Assembly: GCA_027021705.1 (NCBI GenBank)
Contig: JALUTT010000092.1
Coordinates: 53,031-117,030 of the forward strand
Source of the DNA: Anaerolineae bacterium
Lineage (GTDB): Bacteria > Chloroflexota > Anaerolineae > S140-20
Length of the DNA stretch: 64,000 nucleotides
Reading direction: 5' to 3'
Below are positions 18,845 through 28,214 of the stretch, piece after piece; within the stretch, counting starts at the first letter, position 1, and each line of letters starts with the position of its first letter. The notes under the pieces were generated by a model. It searched no databases and was not told the DNA's origin. It saw only the letters and a program-made list of their open reading frames with translations. The position numbers and the translations under genes are program-made.

Positions 18845-19549
18845 ATGATCGTCGCCGAACAGAAACCACTGGAGGAGATCAAGGAACTCATCGCCGACGC
18901 CGAACGGGTGCTCATCGTCGGCTGCGGTACCTGCGTCACCGTCTGCTTCGCCGGCGGGGCCAAGGAGGCCGCCATCCTGGGCTCTACGCTCCGTATGGCT
19001 ACCCGGCTGGACGGCCACGGCAAGGCGATTGACGAGGTGACGGTGCAGCGCCAGTGTGAGTGGGAGTACATTGACCCCCTGGAGGCCCGCCTGGACGACT
19101 ATGACCTCATCCTCTCCCTGGGCTGCGGCATCGGCGTCCAGACGCTGGCCGAGCGCTTCCCCGACAAGCCGGTGGTGCCCGGCCTGAACACCGTCTTTAT
19201 GGGGCTGCCGGTAGAGCAGGGGGTGTGGGAGGAGCGCTGTCAGGCCTGCGGCGACTGCATCCTGGGCCTGACGGCCGGCATCTGCCCCATCGCCCGCTGC
19301 TCCAAGCAGTTGCTCAACGGCCCCTGTGGCGGCTCCCAGGATGGCCGCTGCGAGGTGGACGAGAGCATCCCCTGCGCCTGGCAGCTCATCTACGAGCGGG
19401 CTAAGGCCCTGGGCCGGCTGGACAAGCTGCTGGAGATCCAGCCGCCCAAGGACTGGTCCAAGAGCCGTGACGGGGGACCGCGCCGCGTCGTGCGCGAGGA
19501 CCTGCGGTTGACCCATCGGGTGGCAGAGGTGGCAGGAGGCGAGCGATGA
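18845..19549 (+). CDS. metV: Methylene-THF reductase accessory Fe-S subunit
   Basis: GCGTCVTVC, RQCE, CQACGDC, CPIARCSKQLLNGPCGG; ATG after GGGAGGT. Confidence 0.9.
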   Translation: MIVAEQKPLEEIKELIADAERVLIVGCGTCVTVCFAGGAKEAAILGSTLRMATRLDGHGKAIDEVTVQRQCEWEYIDPLEARLDDYDLILSLGCGIGVQTLAERFPDKPVVPGLNTVFMGLPVEQGVWEERCQACGDCILGLTAGICPIARCSKQLLNGPCGGSQDGRCEVDESIPCAWQLIYERAKALGRLDKLLEIQPPKDWSKSRDGGPRRVVREDLRLTHRVAEVAGGER

Positions 19550-20550
19550 TGGAGGACCGGAGCAACGGTTACAAGTCCGGGAGCAACCTGGAACGGCTCA
19601 TCCGGGCCGGCCACTTCGTCGTCACGGCGGAGTTGGGGCCGCCCAAAGGGTGGCAGCGGGAGGTGATCGAGCGCAAGGCCAAGCTGCTGCGCGGTGTGGT
19701 GGACGCCGTCAACATCACCGACAACCAGACGGCCATCGTGCGGATGTCCAGCATCGCCGCCGGCTGCATCCTGGTGGAGCTGGGGCTGGAGCCGATCATC
19801 CAGATGACCTGCCGGGATCGGAACCGGCTGGGCATCCAGAGCGACCTGCTGGGCGCAGCCGCCCTGGGCATCCGCAACGTCCTCTGCCTCACCGGGGATC
19901 ACCAGAGCTTCGGCAACCACCCCACGGCCAAGAACGTGCACGACCTCGACAGCATCCAGCTCGTCCAGATGGTCGCGCGGATGCGGGATGAGGGCATCTT
20001 CCAGTGCGGGGAGGCCATCAAGGGGGGCGGTCCGCCCTTCTTCATCGGTGCGGCGGCCAACCCCTTTGGCGATCCCTTCGAGTTCCGCCCCTACCGTCTG
20101 GCGAAGAAGGTCGCCGCTGGCGCCGACTTCATCCAGACCCAGTTGGTCTTCGACATCCCCCGCTTCAAGGAGTACATGAAGCGGGTGGTGGATATGGGCC
20201 TTCACGAGAAGGTCGCCATCCTGGCGGGGGTTGGCCCGCTCAAGAGCACAGGGATGGCCCGCTACATGCGGGACCGGGTGCCGGGGATGCGGGTGGCCGA
20301 CGAGTACGTGGAGCGGATGAAGGCGGCGGTGGCCGGCATCCCCAAGGAGGACAAGGCGGCCCGGCGTGAGGCCTGGCGGGCCGAGGGGATCAAGATCTGC
20401 GTGGAGCAGATCCAGCAGTTGCGCGAGATCGAAGGCGTCGCGGGGATTCACATCATGGCCATCGAGTGGGAAGAGGCCGTGCCGGTGATCGTCAAGGAAG
20501 CCGGCCTCTACCCGAGGCCAACCGTCGGTGAGGCGGTCCTTAAAACATAG
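19546..20550 (+). CDS. metF: Methylenetetrahydrofolate reductase
   Basis: TAELGPP, NITDNQ, CRDRNR, LTGD, AGADFIQTQ. Confidence 0.95.
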   Translation: MMEDRSNGYKSGSNLERLIRAGHFVVTAELGPPKGWQREVIERKAKLLRGVVDAVNITDNQTAIVRMSSIAAGCILVELGLEPIIQMTCRDRNRLGIQSDLLGAAALGIRNVLCLTGDHQSFGNHPTAKNVHDLDSIQLVQMVARMRDEGIFQCGEAIKGGGPPFFIGAAANPFGDPFEFRPYRLAKKVAAGADFIQTQLVFDIPRFKEYMKRVVDMGLHEKVAILAGVGPLKSTGMARYMRDRVPGMRVADEYVERMKAAVAGIPKEDKAARREAWRAEGIKICVEQIQQLREIEGVAGIHIMAIEWEEAVPVIVKEAGLYPRPTVGEAVLKT

Positions 20551-20588
20551 AGCTGTAGGACCAATACAGAGAGAACGAGGGCCTTTCT

Positions 20589-21023
20589 TCAGGCATCGGT
20601 TTCTGAGAAGGTGATGACACCCTGGGCGTTCATCGTAGCCCCTGTGTCTTTCAGCACTCGCTCAATGCGGTTCTCGGCGATCTCTGCTTCGATCTCCTCC
20701 TGGTGATCGAGATAGTAGCTGATGGCATCGTAAATCGCTGCCAGCTCGAGATGGGGATAGGCGGCCTCGATCTCCTCGGGGCTATCACCGGCCTTCCACA
20801 TCGCTGCGATAAGCCATACCGGGATGCTGGTGCCACGTAAGACAGGCCGTCCGCCTCGCACACCCTCACGCCGCACAATGTACGGGTGGTCTGTAGGATG
20901 AACTTGGGCGCGAATCAACTCTTCGGCCATTTCGTCAGGTGTGCGTCGGCTCGCACGAGCCCGCTGCACCAACAGTTCATACGTCTGCCGAGACACCTTG
21001 AGAGTCGCAACGGGTGTAACCAT
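20589..21023 (-). CDS. DUF433 antitoxin-like protein, orphan, antisense within the operon
   Basis: GGRPVLRGTSIPVW, AYPHL, AISYYLDHQEEIE; ATG 21023 after GGAGGTGG. Confidence 0.85.
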   Translation of the reverse strand: MVTPVATLKVSRQTYELLVQRARASRRTPDEMAEELIRAQVHPTDHPYIVRREGVRGGRPVLRGTSIPVWLIAAMWKAGDSPEEIEAAYPHLELAAIYDAISYYLDHQEEIEAEIAENRIERVLKDTGATMNAQGVITFSETDA

Positions 21024-21106
21024 CCCTGCCACCTCCGGGTTGACAACTGGCATCGCACGTTATCTTGAGTATAGCATAGAACCGCCGGTCCAACAACCTT
21101 GTAGCC

Positions 21107-21143
21107 TTGGTGATTACCCAACTCACCTATGGGTCATCACCGG
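21107..21143. mobile_element. Minimal family B MITE (37 bp) with 7-bp target duplication
   Basis: GGTGATTACCCA-N9-TGGGTCATCACC; TGTAGCC at 21100-21106 and 21144-21150. Confidence 0.7.
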
Positions 21144-21166
21144 TGTAGCCCCCAGTGAGGCTGAGC

Positions 21167-22573
21167 ATGGCCACAGCAACCTCTCCAACGACCGAAGTGC
21201 AAAGCCTGGCCGCGACCATCGAGCAGGCTACCGGCCAGAACGTCTACCTCTGCTACCAGTGCGTCAAGTGCAGCAGTGGCTGCCCCCTGGCCGAGCACAT
21301 GGACCTGATGCCCAACCAGGTGATGCGGGCCGTCCAGTTGGGCGATGCCGGCGTCCTGGAGTCGAAGACCATCTGGCTCTGCGCTTCCTGCCAGACCTGC
21401 ACCACCCGTTGTCCCCAAGGGCTGGACATCGCCGGGATCATGGACGCGCTGCGCATCGAGGCCCGCCGGCGCGGCATCCCCCCCGCCATCCCCGAAGTGG
21501 AGACCTTCAGCCGCCTCTTCCTCCAGGACATCCGGCTGATGGGCCGGGTCTACGAGGCCGGCCTGATGGCTGCCCTCAACCTGGCCACCAAGCAGCCGCT
21601 CAAGGATATGGCCATGGGGCTGGAGATGCTCAAGCGGGGCAAGCTCAAGCTGCTCCCCGCCTTCGTCCGCCCGCCCCGGCGGGTGAAACCCATCACCCCC
21701 GCCGACAACCAGATCGCCTACTTCCCCGGCTGCTCCCTGCACTCCACCGCCGCCGAGTACGACCAGACTACCCGGGCCGTGGCCAAGGCCCTGGGGCTGA
21801 AGCTGGTCGAGCCGCCCGGCTGGACCTGCTGCGGCTCCACGCCGGCCCACGGCACCGATCCCATCCTGGCCACCCGCCTGCCCATCCAGAACCTGGCCAT
21901 CGTCGAGCGGATGGGGCTGCCCGCGGTCACCGCGCCCTGCAGCGCCTGCTACTCCCGCTTCAGGACGGCCCTCTACGTGGTGGAACGGGAGCCGGAGATC
22001 GCCCAGGAGGTGAACCGACAGATCGGCTACACCTACCAGGACCGGGTGCGGGTGGAGCACCTCCTGGACACGCTGGTGGATCGGGTGGGGCTGGAGGCCA
22101 TTGAGAAGCGGGTGGAAAAGCCGCTCTGGGGGCTCAAGGTGGCCTGTTACTACGGCTGCCTGATCGTCCGCCCCCCTCAGGTGATGGGGAGGGCGCACCC
22201 GGAGTACCCGATGAAGATGGACCACCTGGTCCAAGCCCTGGGTGCGGAGCCGGTGGACTGGTCCTACAAGACCGATTGCTGCGGTGGGGCATTGGGGATC
22301 ACCCAGACCGCCCTGGCCCACGAGCTGACGGCCCGCATCCTGCAGAATGCCCGCGACTGTGGAGCCGACCTCATCGTTGCCATCTGTCCCCTCTGCCACG
22401 TCAACCTGGACGCCCGCCAGGCCCAGATCGGCCTGGACTTCTCGATGCCGGTCCTCTACTTCACCCAGTTGATGGCCCTGGCCTTCGGGTTGGGGGAGAA
22501 GCGGGCGGCGCTGGACAAGAATCTGGTGGACCCCCGGCCTGTCCTGGTCTACAAGGGGATCCTGGCGGCGTAG
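21167..22573 (+). CDS. Fused HdrC-HdrB heterodisulfide reductase subunit
   Basis: CYQCVKCSSGCP, CASCQTCTTRCP then YFPGC, WTCCG, YYGC, TDCCGG, CPLC. Confidence 0.92.
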   Translation: MATATSPTTEVQSLAATIEQATGQNVYLCYQCVKCSSGCPLAEHMDLMPNQVMRAVQLGDAGVLESKTIWLCASCQTCTTRCPQGLDIAGIMDALRIEARRRGIPPAIPEVETFSRLFLQDIRLMGRVYEAGLMAALNLATKQPLKDMAMGLEMLKRGKLKLLPAFVRPPRRVKPITPADNQIAYFPGCSLHSTAAEYDQTTRAVAKALGLKLVEPPGWTCCGSTPAHGTDPILATRLPIQNLAIVERMGLPAVTAPCSACYSRFRTALYVVEREPEIAQEVNRQIGYTYQDRVRVEHLLDTLVDRVGLEAIEKRVEKPLWGLKVACYYGCLIVRPPQVMGRAHPEYPMKMDHLVQALGAEPVDWSYKTDCCGGALGITQTALAHELTARILQNARDCGADLIVAICPLCHVNLDARQAQIGLDFSMPVLYFTQLMALAFGLGEKRAALDKNLVDPRPVLVYKGILAA

Positions 22574-22639
22574 TGCCGGACGCGGAGCCGGATCCCCAGC
22601 AGGGCTCTCGACGGTTTCGGGGCTCTCCCCGACGGGAAT

Positions 22640-23167
22640 TCAACCGCTGAGGGGGGCTGCCTCCCGTTGAGCCAGCCACTGGGCCAGGGCTGCCCGGTGG
22701 CTGCTGAAGGCGATCCGCTCCGGCAGGCGGTCGGGCGGGAACCAGGCCACCGCCTGGGCATCGTCCCCCGCCCTCAGCGTCCCCTCCACGATGGCGGCCC
22801 GGTAGATGATGAGCACCCCGTTGTCGTTGTGGCCGCCGCCGAAGGCGTGACGCCAGTTGTAGACGCCGAAGAGGCCCTGGAGGACGACCCGCAGGCCCGT
22901 CTCCTCCTCCGTCTCCCGCAGCGCGGCTTCCTCGGGGGATTCATCCCACTCGACGAAGCCGGCCGGCAGCGTCCACTCGCCCACCCGGGGCGGGTAGCGG
23001 CGCTGCACCATCAGCACCTGGCCCTCCTGCTCGATGAGACAGCCGGCTGCGATGACCGGGTTCTCGTAGTTGATGAACCCGCAAGCCGGGCAGGTCTGGC
23101 GCGGCCGCCCGTCCAGTTCCCGCACCACCAGCGGGGTCGCGCAGAGCGGGCAAAAGCGCATCTTCAT
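22640..23167 (-). CDS. Zinc-ribbon NUDIX hydrolase
   Basis: FCPLC...CPAC; GFVEWDESPEEAALRETEEETG. Confidence 0.9.
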   Translation of the reverse strand: MKMRFCPLCATPLVVRELDGRPRQTCPACGFINYENPVIAAGCLIEQEGQVLMVQRRYPPRVGEWTLPAGFVEWDESPEEAALRETEEETGLRVVLQGLFGVYNWRHAFGGGHNDNGVLIIYRAAIVEGTLRAGDDAQAVAWFPPDRLPERIAFSSHRAALAQWLAQREAAPLSG

Positions 23168-23170
23168 CGG

Positions 23171-23752
23171 TTACGTTTCCTCCCCGGTCACCTCGGGCTT
23201 CAGCACCCCGATGTAGGGCAGGTTCCGGTAGTGCTCGTCGAAGTCGAGGCCGTAGCCGACGACGAACTCGTTGGGGATCTCGAACCCCACGTAGTCCAGA
23301 GGGATCTCCACCTCGCGGCGCTCCGGCTTGTCCAGCAGGGTGCAGATGCGCAGGCTGGCGGGGTTTCGGGTGCGCAGGTTGCGGGTGATGTAGTCCAGCG
23401 TCCGTCCGCTGTCAATGATGTCCTCGACGATGAGGACATCTCGTCCTTCGGGGCTGGCCTCCAGGTCCATCAGGATGCGCACCACGCCGCTGGACTGGGT
23501 GGCCCGCCCTCCGTAGCTGGAGATGGCCATAAAGTGGATCTCGTGGGGCACGGTCAGGTGGCGGATCAGGTCGGCCAGGAAGATGAACGCGCCTTTGAGG
23601 ATGGCCACGATGAAGACGTCCCGACCCACGTAGTCGGCCGAGATCTGGGCGCCCAGCTCGGCGACCCGGGCCTGGAGGACTTCTTCGGGGATCAGCACCT
23701 GGGCGATCTCGTTCTCGTGATGGGGCATCTCTGTCATCCTTTCCCGCGCCAT
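23171..23752 (-). CDS. hpt: Hypoxanthine phosphoribosyltransferase, copy 2
   Basis: ILKGA, VLIVEDIIDSGRTL, VVGYGLD. Confidence 0.93.
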   Translation of the reverse strand: MARERMTEMPHHENEIAQVLIPEEVLQARVAELGAQISADYVGRDVFIVAILKGAFIFLADLIRHLTVPHEIHFMAISSYGGRATQSSGVVRILMDLEASPEGRDVLIVEDIIDSGRTLDYITRNLRTRNPASLRICTLLDKPERREVEIPLDYVGFEIPNEFVVGYGLDFDEHYRNLPYIGVLKPEVTGEET

Positions 23753-23884
23753 AGGGGCGTTTCCCTCCGCTGCCGGTGGGGTCGGGCTGCTATGGTGTTG
23801 GCGACCGCGTCCATAGCTCCGAGGACCGCCGACGTTTATCCCATCCCCGTCCGGTCGGCTTCGTAGCGCAGTGGCAGGAGCTCG

Positions 23885-24433
23885 CTACGACTGGTAGACC
23901 TCTGGCTTCAGGGCGGCGATGTAGGGGAGCGTGCGGTGCTTGTCGGCGTAGTCCAGTCCGTAGCCCACCACCCAGACATCGGGGATCTCGAAGCCCAGGT
24001 AGTCAATGGGCACGTCCACCCGCCGGCGTCCCGGCTTGCTGAGCAGCACGCAACTGCGCAGGGAAGCGGGGTTGCGCGTGGCAAAGTTACGCAGCAGGTA
24101 GTCGAGGGTGTGACCGCTGTCCACGATGTCCTCAACGATGAGGACGTGGCGTCCCTCCACGTTCACCTTAACGTCCATGATCAGCCGCACCACCCCGCTG
24201 CTGGTCGCCGTCTGGCCGTAGCTGGAGAGGGCGATGAAGTCCACGCGGTGGGGGATGGTCAGCTTGCGGGCCAGGTCGGCCAGAAAGATGAAGGCCCCTT
24301 TGAGCACCCCGACCAGGATCAGTTGGTCCACGTCGGCGTAGTCCTGGGAGACCTGCCGGGCCAGCTCGGTGACCCGCCGTTCGATGGTCTTCTCGTCTAT
24401 CAAAATGCGTTCCACGTCGGCCGGAACTTGCAT
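23885..24433 (-). CDS. hpt: Hypoxanthine phosphoribosyltransferase, copy 1
   Basis: VLKGA, VLIVEDIVDSGHTL, VVGYGLD. Confidence 0.93.
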   Translation of the reverse strand: MQVPADVERILIDEKTIERRVTELARQVSQDYADVDQLILVGVLKGAFIFLADLARKLTIPHRVDFIALSSYGQTATSSGVVRLIMDVKVNVEGRHVLIVEDIVDSGHTLDYLLRNFATRNPASLRSCVLLSKPGRRRVDVPIDYLGFEIPDVWVVGYGLDYADKHRTLPYIAALKPEVYQS

Positions 24434-24515
24434 AGCATCCCCCCCTCTAGGTGCGGCACTTTAGTAGGCCGGCCCCTCCTCGACTATGGAAGGTTAGGCT
24501 CGTTCTTTAGAAACG

Positions 24516-25109
24516 CTAGGCTTCGGGCGAGGGCCGTCGGGGCACCTGGTGGCAGGCCCGGCAGCGGGCCTCGTAGACCTCCTGGGCTCCCACCAGGATC
24601 ACCGGATCGTCGTAGGCGGCGGGGCGTCCGTTGATCAGCCGCTGAGTGCGGCTGGCCTCCTGTCCGCAGACGACGCAGATGGCCTGGAGCTTGTCCACCT
24701 TCTCCGCCTGGGCCATCAAGACGGGCATCGGGCCGAAGGGCTCCCCCCGGAAGTCCATATCCAGCCCGGCGACGATCACCCGCACCCCCCGGTTGACGAG
24801 GGTGTCGCACACTTCGGCGATCTCCCAGCCGAAGAACTGGGCTTCGTCTATGGCCACGACCTCGGTGTCCGGCTCCACCAGGCGTAGGATCTCCTCCGCT
24901 TCGTGGACGACGATGGCGTCCAGCCCCATCCCGTTGTGGGAAGTGACCTGTTCGAGGGTGTACCGGTCGTCCAAGCTGGGCTTGAAGACCTGAACCTTCT
25001 GACGGGCGATCTGGGCCCGATGCACCCGACGGATCAGTTCCTCCGTCTTGCCACTGAACATGCTGCCGCAGATCACCTCCAGGCGACCGATGCTTCCAGG
25101 CGTTCGCAC
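24516..25109 (-). CDS. tdk: Thymidine kinase
   Basis: [30 protein letters not shown]. Confidence 0.95.
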   Translation of the reverse strand: MRTPGSIGRLEVICGSMFSGKTEELIRRVHRAQIARQKVQVFKPSLDDRYTLEQVTSHNGMGLDAIVVHEAEEILRLVEPDTEVVAIDEAQFFGWEIAEVCDTLVNRGVRVIVAGLDMDFRGEPFGPMPVLMAQAEKVDKLQAICVVCGQEASRTQRLINGRPAAYDDPVILVGAQEVYEARCRACHQVPRRPSPEA

Positions 25110-25229
25110 CCCTGACCTCCTTGAAGCAAAAAGGGCAGATGGTTGCTCCTCTGCCCTTCAGACGTTCGATCCACGATGGTTCCCTGATCAGGTCTCTAGG
25201 CGAGCCCCAGGAACTCCTCGGCCCACCGG

Positions 25230-25583
25230 CTACTCAGCAGCAACGGTCTGGGCCTCCTCAGCAGCCTGGGCCTCCTGGGCTTCCCGTTGGGCCTGGGCTT
25301 CGACGAACTCGGCGATGGCCCGCTGGCGCTCCCGCTCGGCCTTGGCAGCGGCCCGCTGACGGGCCTCCTCCCGCAGCCGCTCACTGCGGGCCAGGCGCTT
25401 CAGGAAGCGGTCCACCTGCCCCTCGGTGTCCACGATCCGCTGCTCGCCGGTGAAGAAGGGGTGGCAGGCGGAGCAGACGTCGGTGCGGATCACCGGCTTT
25501 GTCGCCCCCACGGTGAAGGTATTGCCACAACTGCAGATCACCTGGGCGTCTGGATACCACTTGGGATGGATTCCTTGCTTCAT
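25230..25583 (-). CDS. rpmE: 50S ribosomal protein L31 (Zn type) with C-terminal helical extension
   Basis: [21 protein letters not shown]. Confidence 0.95.
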   Translation of the reverse strand: MKQGIHPKWYPDAQVICSCGNTFTVGATKPVIRTDVCSACHPFFTGEQRIVDTEGQVDRFLKRLARSERLREEARQRAAAKAERERQRAIAEFVEAQAQREAQEAQAAEEAQTVAAE

Positions 25584-25602
25584 CGTCCCTTCGCTTTCCC
25601 CT

Positions 25603-25866
25603 TCAGCGGACAGGCTCTGGGTAGACGCTGACCCGTTTCCGCCCGCCCCGGATCGTCTCGAACTTCACGTAGCCGTCAATGAGGGAGAAGATGGTGTAAT
25701 CTCGACCGAGGCCGACGTTGTTGCCCGGCTTGAAGCGGGTGCCGCGCTGGCGGATGATGATGTTGCCGGCCCGCACGAACTCCCCACCGAATTTCTTCAC
25801 CCCCAACCGCTTCGAGCGGCTGTCACGACCGTTCCGAGAACTCCCGCCACCTTTCTTGTGAGCCAT
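25603..25866 (-). CDS. rpmA: 50S ribosomal protein L27
   Basis: [16 protein letters not shown]. Confidence 0.97.
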   Translation of the reverse strand: MAHKKGGGSSRNGRDSRSKRLGVKKFGGEFVRAGNIIIRQRGTRFKPGNNVGLGRDYTIFSLIDGYVKFETIRGGRKRVSVYPEPVR

Positions 25867-25878
25867 CCTCCACCTCCC

Positions 25879-26196
25879 TCACTCCAGAAGGATCTGGTCA
25901 ACCCGCAGCTGCGTGTAGCGCTGCCGGTGCCCCTGGCGCCGCCGGTACCGCTTCCGAGGGCGGTACTTGAAGATGCGGATCTTCGGTCCCTTGATCTCCC
26001 CCAGCACCGTGGCGAGGACCCGGGCACCGGGAACGGTGGGCTGCCCCACCTGCACGCGCTCGCCATCTACGAGGAGGAGCACCCGGTCCAGAACGACCTG
26101 TTCCCCTGCCTCGTAGGGAAGTTTTTCCACCTCCAAGATGTCCCCTACCTGGGCGCGATACTGATGTCCGCCCGTTTCAACGACTGCGTAGACCAC
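25879..26196 (-). CDS. rplU: 50S ribosomal protein L21
   Basis: YAVVETGGHQY, GHRQRYT; GTG 26196 after GGAGG. Confidence 0.95.
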   Translation of the reverse strand: MVYAVVETGGHQYRAQVGDILEVEKLPYEAGEQVVLDRVLLLVDGERVQVGQPTVPGARVLATVLGEIKGPKIRIFKYRPRKRYRRRQGHRQRYTQLRVDQILLE

Positions 26197-26280
26197 GGGT
26201 TTCCTCCGGTTGTCGTTCCCATTCACAACAAGGACGAGCCTTGCGTTCCAGGCCCGTCCTGATTCTCCCCTCTGGGGAGG

Positions 26281-26353
26281 CTCCTCGGGCAGGACTCGAA
26301 CCTGCAACCAACCGGTTAACAGCCGGCCGCTCTGCCGATTGAGCTACCGAGGA
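26281..26353 (-). tRNA. tRNA-Asn(GTT)
   Basis: TCCTCGG/CCGAGGA acceptor, loop CTGTTAA, GTTCGAG T-loop. Confidence 0.95.
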
Positions 26354-26374
26354 AACTGACTTCTCGCAGTGGGG

Positions 26375-26403
26375 ATTATACTCGAAACGTCTTTGATTGT
26401 CAA
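26375..26403 (-). promoter_or_regulatory. Consensus promoter of tRNA-Asn/rplU region
   Basis: TTGACA-N17-TATAAT on minus strand. Confidence 0.85.
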
Positions 26404-26417
26404 ATCTCTGGGAGGCA

Positions 26418-26453
26418 CCTCCCGCAGGTCACGCGGTGGGAACCTGCGGGAGG
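26418..26453. repeat. Internally deleted family A element
   Basis: CCTCCCGCAGGT...ACCTGCGGGAGG arms only. Confidence 0.65.
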
Positions 26454-26473
26454 GGGTAGCTCTCTCAGGAAAC

Positions 26474-26502
26474 TTGCTGTCTGGGGAGAAAGCTGGTATA
26501 AT
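26474..26502 (+). promoter_or_regulatory. Promoter of the 26544 operon
   Basis: TTGCTG-N17-TATAAT with extended TG. Confidence 0.7.
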
Positions 26503-26543
26503 CCTGCTCGATACTTCAGACCCCCCGACAGGAGGCTCTTGCG

Positions 26544-28124
26544 GTGGTGCGACGCGAGACGCAGAATCCATCTTACTGGCAACGCTTCCGCGTTACGGAC
26601 GACGACCTGGAACAGTTAACCAACTTCTTCCTGGAGGAAGAGCGTCCTGCCACCCTCGACGAACTGGCCCTGGCCTTGGTCCGGTATCGCTGTCAGCGGG
26701 AAGAAGCAGCCATCCGGCGCAAGCTGACCCAGGGTGCCCTCTTTCAGCCCAAAGACCGCTACGACGTGGGTGATACCCTCGTCTTCCCCGCCCTGGACTA
26801 TGCGGTGGGAACGGTGGTCGGCGTTCGGCCCGGCTTCAACCCCGAGTACGGGAGGTTCCGGGTCATTCAGGTCCAACTGGAGGGGGAGTCCCGCGTGCGG
26901 GAGTTCGCCTCCGAGTTTCCCGCCCCCCATCGTCTGAACCAGGAGAACGGCGAGGAGATTGAGCAAGACGCCCTGCTCACACCGGAGGACCTGTACGGCC
27001 TCTACGGCGACTACGTGCGCCAGGCCCTGGCCGACTACTTGGAGCAGGACGAGGGTTTTGTGCGCCTGGGGGACCAGTGGTTCCTCAAGAGCCTGCTGGT
27101 CGAGATCCACATTGGTCACCTGAACATCGCCGAGGCGGTCCTGGACATCAATGGAGGGGGCCCCCTGCCGCCCGAGGACCTGCTCAAGGAGCTGGACCTG
27201 CCGGAGAGCATCAAGGACGAGCTCAAGGTCTTCTCCCTCAACTATGCCCTGCAGCAGGATGAGCGCTTCGATGAGGTGGGCCCCACGGGAGAAGTCCTCT
27301 GGTTCCTGCGCCGCCTGGAGCCTCCTGAGGTGCTCTACCCTCCACGCCGGCTTCAGGTCACGTCCGTCTCCTACGACCCCAACATCCTGGATGCTGCCCT
27401 CATCCGCCTGATCCAGGAACTGGAGGATGAGCAGGAGACCTTGACCCTGCCCTTCCAGGAAGAGCGGGACGAGGTGACGATCACGCTGACCTTCCCCCAC
27501 CGTCGGGTGGGCTCCCTTCCCCTCACAGACCATCTGGCCCAGTTCTTTCCCACGGGGAAGACCCAGCGCATCCGTTTCCTCTTCCGGGATGCGCTGACCG
27601 GGAAGGAGTGGCCCGGCTGGGTGGTGCGCGAGGGGCGGTACGTCTTCGGGCTGGCCGACTGGTATGCAGAGCATGGCTTGCCTGTGGGCGCTTACATTGA
27701 CATCCGGCGGGCGGAGGAACCCGGCGTCGTGCTCATCAGCTTCCGCCAGCGCCGCGCCAAGCGGGAGTGGATTCGGGTGGCCGTTCCCGTAGAGGGACGC
27801 CTCACCTTTGAGATGCAGAAACGCACCCTGGCCTGTGAGTATGACGATCTGATGATCGTCGGTGTCCAGGACCTGACCGCCATAGACGAGATCTGGATGA
27901 AGGCCGAGGAGGCGCGGAAGCCTGTTGGGGAGATCCTCTGGGAGATTTTCCCAGAGCTGGCCAAGCTCACGCCTCAGGGAACCGTCCACGCCAAGACCCT
28001 CTACAGTGCGGTCAACGTGGTCCGTCGTCTCCCCCCGGGCCCCATCTTCGCCGAGCTGGTCGAGAACCCCCATTACATCCCCGTGGGAGACAACTACTGG
28101 CTCTTCGGTGAAGGGGAGGTGTGA
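26544..28124 (+). CDS. Hypothetical protein (526 aa)
   Basis: Long ORF with host-like codon usage, own promoter and RBS; no family recognised. Confidence 0.85.
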   Translation: MVRRETQNPSYWQRFRVTDDDLEQLTNFFLEEERPATLDELALALVRYRCQREEAAIRRKLTQGALFQPKDRYDVGDTLVFPALDYAVGTVVGVRPGFNPEYGRFRVIQVQLEGESRVREFASEFPAPHRLNQENGEEIEQDALLTPEDLYGLYGDYVRQALADYLEQDEGFVRLGDQWFLKSLLVEIHIGHLNIAEAVLDINGGGPLPPEDLLKELDLPESIKDELKVFSLNYALQQDERFDEVGPTGEVLWFLRRLEPPEVLYPPRRLQVTSVSYDPNILDAALIRLIQELEDEQETLTLPFQEERDEVTITLTFPHRRVGSLPLTDHLAQFFPTGKTQRIRFLFRDALTGKEWPGWVVREGRYVFGLADWYAEHGLPVGAYIDIRRAEEPGVVLISFRQRRAKREWIRVAVPVEGRLTFEMQKRTLACEYDDLMIVGVQDLTAIDEIWMKAEEARKPVGEILWEIFPELAKLTPQGTVHAKTLYSAVNVVRRLPPGPIFAELVENPHYIPVGDNYWLFGEGEV

Positions 28125-28161
28125 CGGTGGCGGGGGCTGCGGGCGCTCGGGTCGGATGGGA

Positions 28162-28206
28162 GCGAGTCAGCGAGTCGGCGAGTCGGCGAGTCAGCGAGTC
28201 AGCGAG
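28162..28206. repeat. Octamer tandem tract (GCGAGTCR)n
   Basis: About 5.5 copies. Confidence 0.9.
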
Positions 28207-28214
28207 GGTAGAGG

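Noticed and set aside
26281..26353. tRNA-targeted genomic island at tRNA-Asn, His or Arg
   Set aside because: No integrase or duplicated tRNA 3' end seen; neighbours are core genes
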